Assembly: GCA_965206595.1 (NCBI GenBank)
Contig: OZ242214.1
Span: 5,088,001-5,152,000 of the forward strand
Source of the DNA: Candidatus Latescibacterota bacterium
Lineage (GTDB): Bacteria; Latescibacterota; UBA2968; UBA8231
Length of the DNA stretch: 64,000 bases
Direction: 5' to 3'
Shown here: positions 61,446 to 64,000 of the stretch, piece after piece
Position numbering within the stretch: the stretch's first letter is position 1
Layout: each line of letters begins with the position of its first letter
The notes under the pieces: generated by a model
The model's input: the letters and a program-made list of their open reading frames with translations, nothing else
Told to the model about the DNA's origin: nothing
Database searches by the model: none
Position numbers and translations under genes: made by a program

Positions 61446-62554
61446 GCCCCTATCGCGTCGCCATCATCGGCACCGGCCGCGTCGGTTTCCAGTTCAGCTT
61501 CGGCGATCTTCCCGACAATCACGCCGAGGCGGTCGCCCTGCACCCCCGCTGCGAGCTCGCGGCGGGGGTCAACAGGGGCCGCGAAAAACTGGAAGCGTTC
61601 GGCGACCGCTTCGGCCTCTCCGCCCTCTTCCACGACTACGAAGAGATGTTGGACCAGGTCGATCCCCACATCTGCATCGTCGCCACGCACCCGGAACTAC
61701 ACTGTGAAATGGTCGCCGCCTGCGCCGCGGCGCCGGCGACCAGGGCGGTGATCTGCGAGAAGCCGATGGCCCTTTCCCTGGGAGAGTGCGACCGCATGAT
61801 CGCCGCCTGCGAAGAGAACGATACCCTGCTGCAGATCAACCACAACCGCCGCTGGTCTCCAGAGTGGAACCTGGCCCACAGCTTGGTTCGACAAGGGGCC
61901 ATCGGAGAGCTCAACGCCATCTACTGCTACATGGATGGCTGCAAACCGACCCCCTCCTGGCGTAGCGACAACGAAGGCCCGCTGCTGCACGACGTCACCC
62001 ATTACTTCGACTTGATGGACCTGTTCGCCGGTGAGGTCGACTGGTTGTGCGGCATGGCCGAGCAGCGGCGGCGGTCCTGGGCGGTCGAGGACTTCACTGG
62101 TGCCTTCCTGAAATTCCGCAACGGCGCTACTGCTGTCTTTCAGGCCTCCGAGCTCACCGAGTACAGCGACAACGCCTTCGAGCTGCGGGGGTCGACCGGA
62201 GTCATTCGCATGATCTCCGAACGCGTGCAACTGTACCAGGCAGCGCCTGGGGATTACGAGCCGGACAGCGGCTTTCGGTGGAGTGCGCTACAACCCGCCG
62301 ACATCGGGCACCCGGAGCCGGCATCGAGCTATTCCGTGGCTTTGGACGAGCTGCTGGGGGCTCTCGATGCCGGAGGTTCGCTGCGAAGCGACGGCTTTGT
62401 CGGCAGACGCTCTCTCGAGATGGTGATGGCGATCTACGAGTCGCAGCTTGCCGGCAACCGACCGGTCCGGTTCCCGGTCGCCGAGGCAGAATCGGGAGTG
62501 GAGCGGCTTCGCGCCACCGGGTGGTTCGCGCCTCGAACCGATTCTGATTCCTGA
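61442..62554 (+). CDS. Gfo/Idh/MocA oxidoreductase
   Basis: IIGTGRVG, CEKPMA, NHNRR, THYFD. Confidence 0.9.
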   Translation: MSPYRVAIIGTGRVGFQFSFGDLPDNHAEAVALHPRCELAAGVNRGREKLEAFGDRFGLSALFHDYEEMLDQVDPHICIVATHPELHCEMVAACAAAPATRAVICEKPMALSLGECDRMIAACEENDTLLQINHNRRWSPEWNLAHSLVRQGAIGELNAIYCYMDGCKPTPSWRSDNEGPLLHDVTHYFDLMDLFAGEVDWLCGMAEQRRRSWAVEDFTGAFLKFRNGATAVFQASELTEYSDNAFELRGSTGVIRMISERVQLYQAAPGDYEPDSGFRWSALQPADIGHPEPASSYSVALDELLGALDAGGSLRSDGFVGRRSLEMVMAIYESQLAGNRPVRFPVAEAESGVERLRATGWFAPRTDSDS

Positions 62555-62924
62555 TCCGGTCCAGCGACGGTCGGATACAGCCTTCTGCCCTCGACCTGTC
62601 CTGATACCCCCTGGGGCCACCCCTTCGTCGCACCCCCCCGAAAGCCGTTCCCGAGGCTGGTTATCGGCAGACTCCTCCTTCAGGACGATTGACAGCTTGT
62701 TCGAAGGATGCCCGCAGCCAAGTCCAGAAATGGCGGTGAAAGCAACGCGAGGCAGAATCGATAGATCCGGGAAAGTGCGCAAAGCCTGATTTGCGGCAAG
62801 GGATTGCCGTAGTCCAGCCGGACAACGGCCTCTCAGCCCCTTTCTCCAGTCCTCCGGTAAAGACTGGTTTTGCAGGCATGGTTCCGGCTCCATCCGTGCT
62901 ACATACCGTGCAAACGCCTGGTAA

Positions 62925-63956
62925 TCAAGAGGCAAGGAATTCGGAACCTTCGGCTATGGGCGATGGGCGCGCGGCCCATCGCGTCGCAACGACGGCGTCG
63001 ATAAAAATCTGTCCGAGGTGGAAAGTGATGCACGGAATCGCCACCAGCCCCTTTACGTCGCTCGCCAGTACTTCTTCGGGGATGAGTGCCAGAACCGTCA
63101 TCGCCACGGGCAATGTTTTCTGGCTGGCGAGCAGCACCACCGCCTTGCGGGCGGCGGCCTCTACTCCCAGGGATCTGCAGACGGCGGCATTCAGAACCAG
63201 GTAAAGAGTGTGGATCGCCAGTCCGGCCGCTATGAGGACGACGAGGCTTAGAAAGGCGACCTGAGCCAGCGCCGCGGAGGACTCGCTGAACTTCATCCAG
63301 GGAACCGATATCAGGGCGAGGTTGCTGATCGACGTGATCCGGGACCGGTGCCTGCCAACCCACTCGGCGACAAACCGGCGCGCGTAACGGCCGGCCGAAA
63401 GGGGCAACAGGATTGTCAGGCAAAGCTTGACCAGCAGATCGACCGCCGTCAGCTCCACCTGTCCGACTGTCCCCAGAAGGTGGGCGAGCACGAACGGCAC
63501 CGTGAAAATTCCCAGAAGGTTGGTCGCCACGGTCAGCAGCAGCGCCAGGGCTACATTGCCGCGCGCCTGCTGCGTCAGTGCAATCCCGGACGACAAGGTG
63601 GTCGGCATGCAGCAGAAAAGGGCCAATCCGAGCTGGAAGTCTGCCTCGACAGGTACCTGGAAGGCGAGGACGACTCCGATTGCGGGGGTGACGAAAAGAA
63701 TCGATACAATGCCCCAACCCGATGCACGCCACGATGAGAAGGCGGCGCGGATATCGTCGGTCCGCAGCAGCAACCCCGAGCAGAAGAAAATGATGCTCAC
63801 GGCGACGTACTGGGTGGGCAGGGTGCCCATGAATCTTCCTGGTTCCGGCCATGCCAGTCCGACTGCCGCCGCACACAGCAAGCCGGCAGGCAACATCTGG
63901 CGCTTCAGAAACGACAGAATTTCTCGCATGCAGAGTAGCCGCTGATTCTCACCCAC
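62925..63956 (-). CDS. Bile acid:sodium symporter (SBF-like) family protein
   Basis: IFFCSGL.L, CMPTTLSSG..LT..A.GN, SQKTLP, H..QI; start may be ATG 63929. Confidence 0.88.
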   Translation of the reverse strand: MGENQRLLCMREILSFLKRQMLPAGLLCAAAVGLAWPEPGRFMGTLPTQYVAVSIIFFCSGLLLRTDDIRAAFSSWRASGWGIVSILFVTPAIGVVLAFQVPVEADFQLGLALFCCMPTTLSSGIALTQQARGNVALALLLTVATNLLGIFTVPFVLAHLLGTVGQVELTAVDLLVKLCLTILLPLSAGRYARRFVAEWVGRHRSRITSISNLALISVPWMKFSESSAALAQVAFLSLVVLIAAGLAIHTLYLVLNAAVCRSLGVEAAARKAVVLLASQKTLPVAMTVLALIPEEVLASDVKGLVAIPCITFHLGQIFIDAVVATRWAARPSPIAEGSEFLAS

Positions 63957-64000
63957 CGCGGCGAAAACGTCCCGGCCCGGCGAAGAACGAAAGAGATCGG

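Noticed and set aside
1-64000. CRISPR array, rRNA, prophage or defence system
   Set aside because: No regularly spaced repeats, rRNA-like stretches, or phage/defence genes were recognised by eye.

Overview
GC-rich bacterial chromosomal window. Gene content (four PhyH dioxygenases, four Gfo/Idh/MocA oxidoreductases, DUF6785-, DUF4159- and PQQ-propeller proteins, a TonB/ExbBD operon) suggests an uncultured diderm such as Ca. Latescibacterota or a similar marine/sponge-associated lineage; this is inference only. 1-20 kb is mostly intact core genes: TPR-exbB-exbD-exbD-tonB, nrdR-nrdJ, map, topA, a Xer-like gene, pheA, thyA, tRNA-Cys and tRNA-Leu. It also holds two cleanly delimited insertion sequences: IS256 (581-2008) splitting a membrane-protein gene, and ISL3 (9183-10628), each with an 8-bp target duplication. 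20-64 kb is accessory catabolic DNA with many frameshifted, deleted or rearranged genes. Main points of interest: (1) a Bcp/PrxQ peroxiredoxin with an in-frame UGA at the peroxidatic Cys and a SECIS-like hairpin, i.e. a selenoprotein split by the ORF caller; (2) a full-length XerC-like protein behind topA that has lost the catalytic Tyr, Lys and both His; (3) an isoprenoid block pairing a single-enzyme squalene synthase and ispH with an MMPL/LolA-like/outer-membrane export trio; (4) NrdR boxes at nrdJ and possibly at topA; (5) an inversion scar inside an OFA transporter gene. No CRISPR array, rRNA or prophage was seen. All family calls are by motif recognition, not database search.
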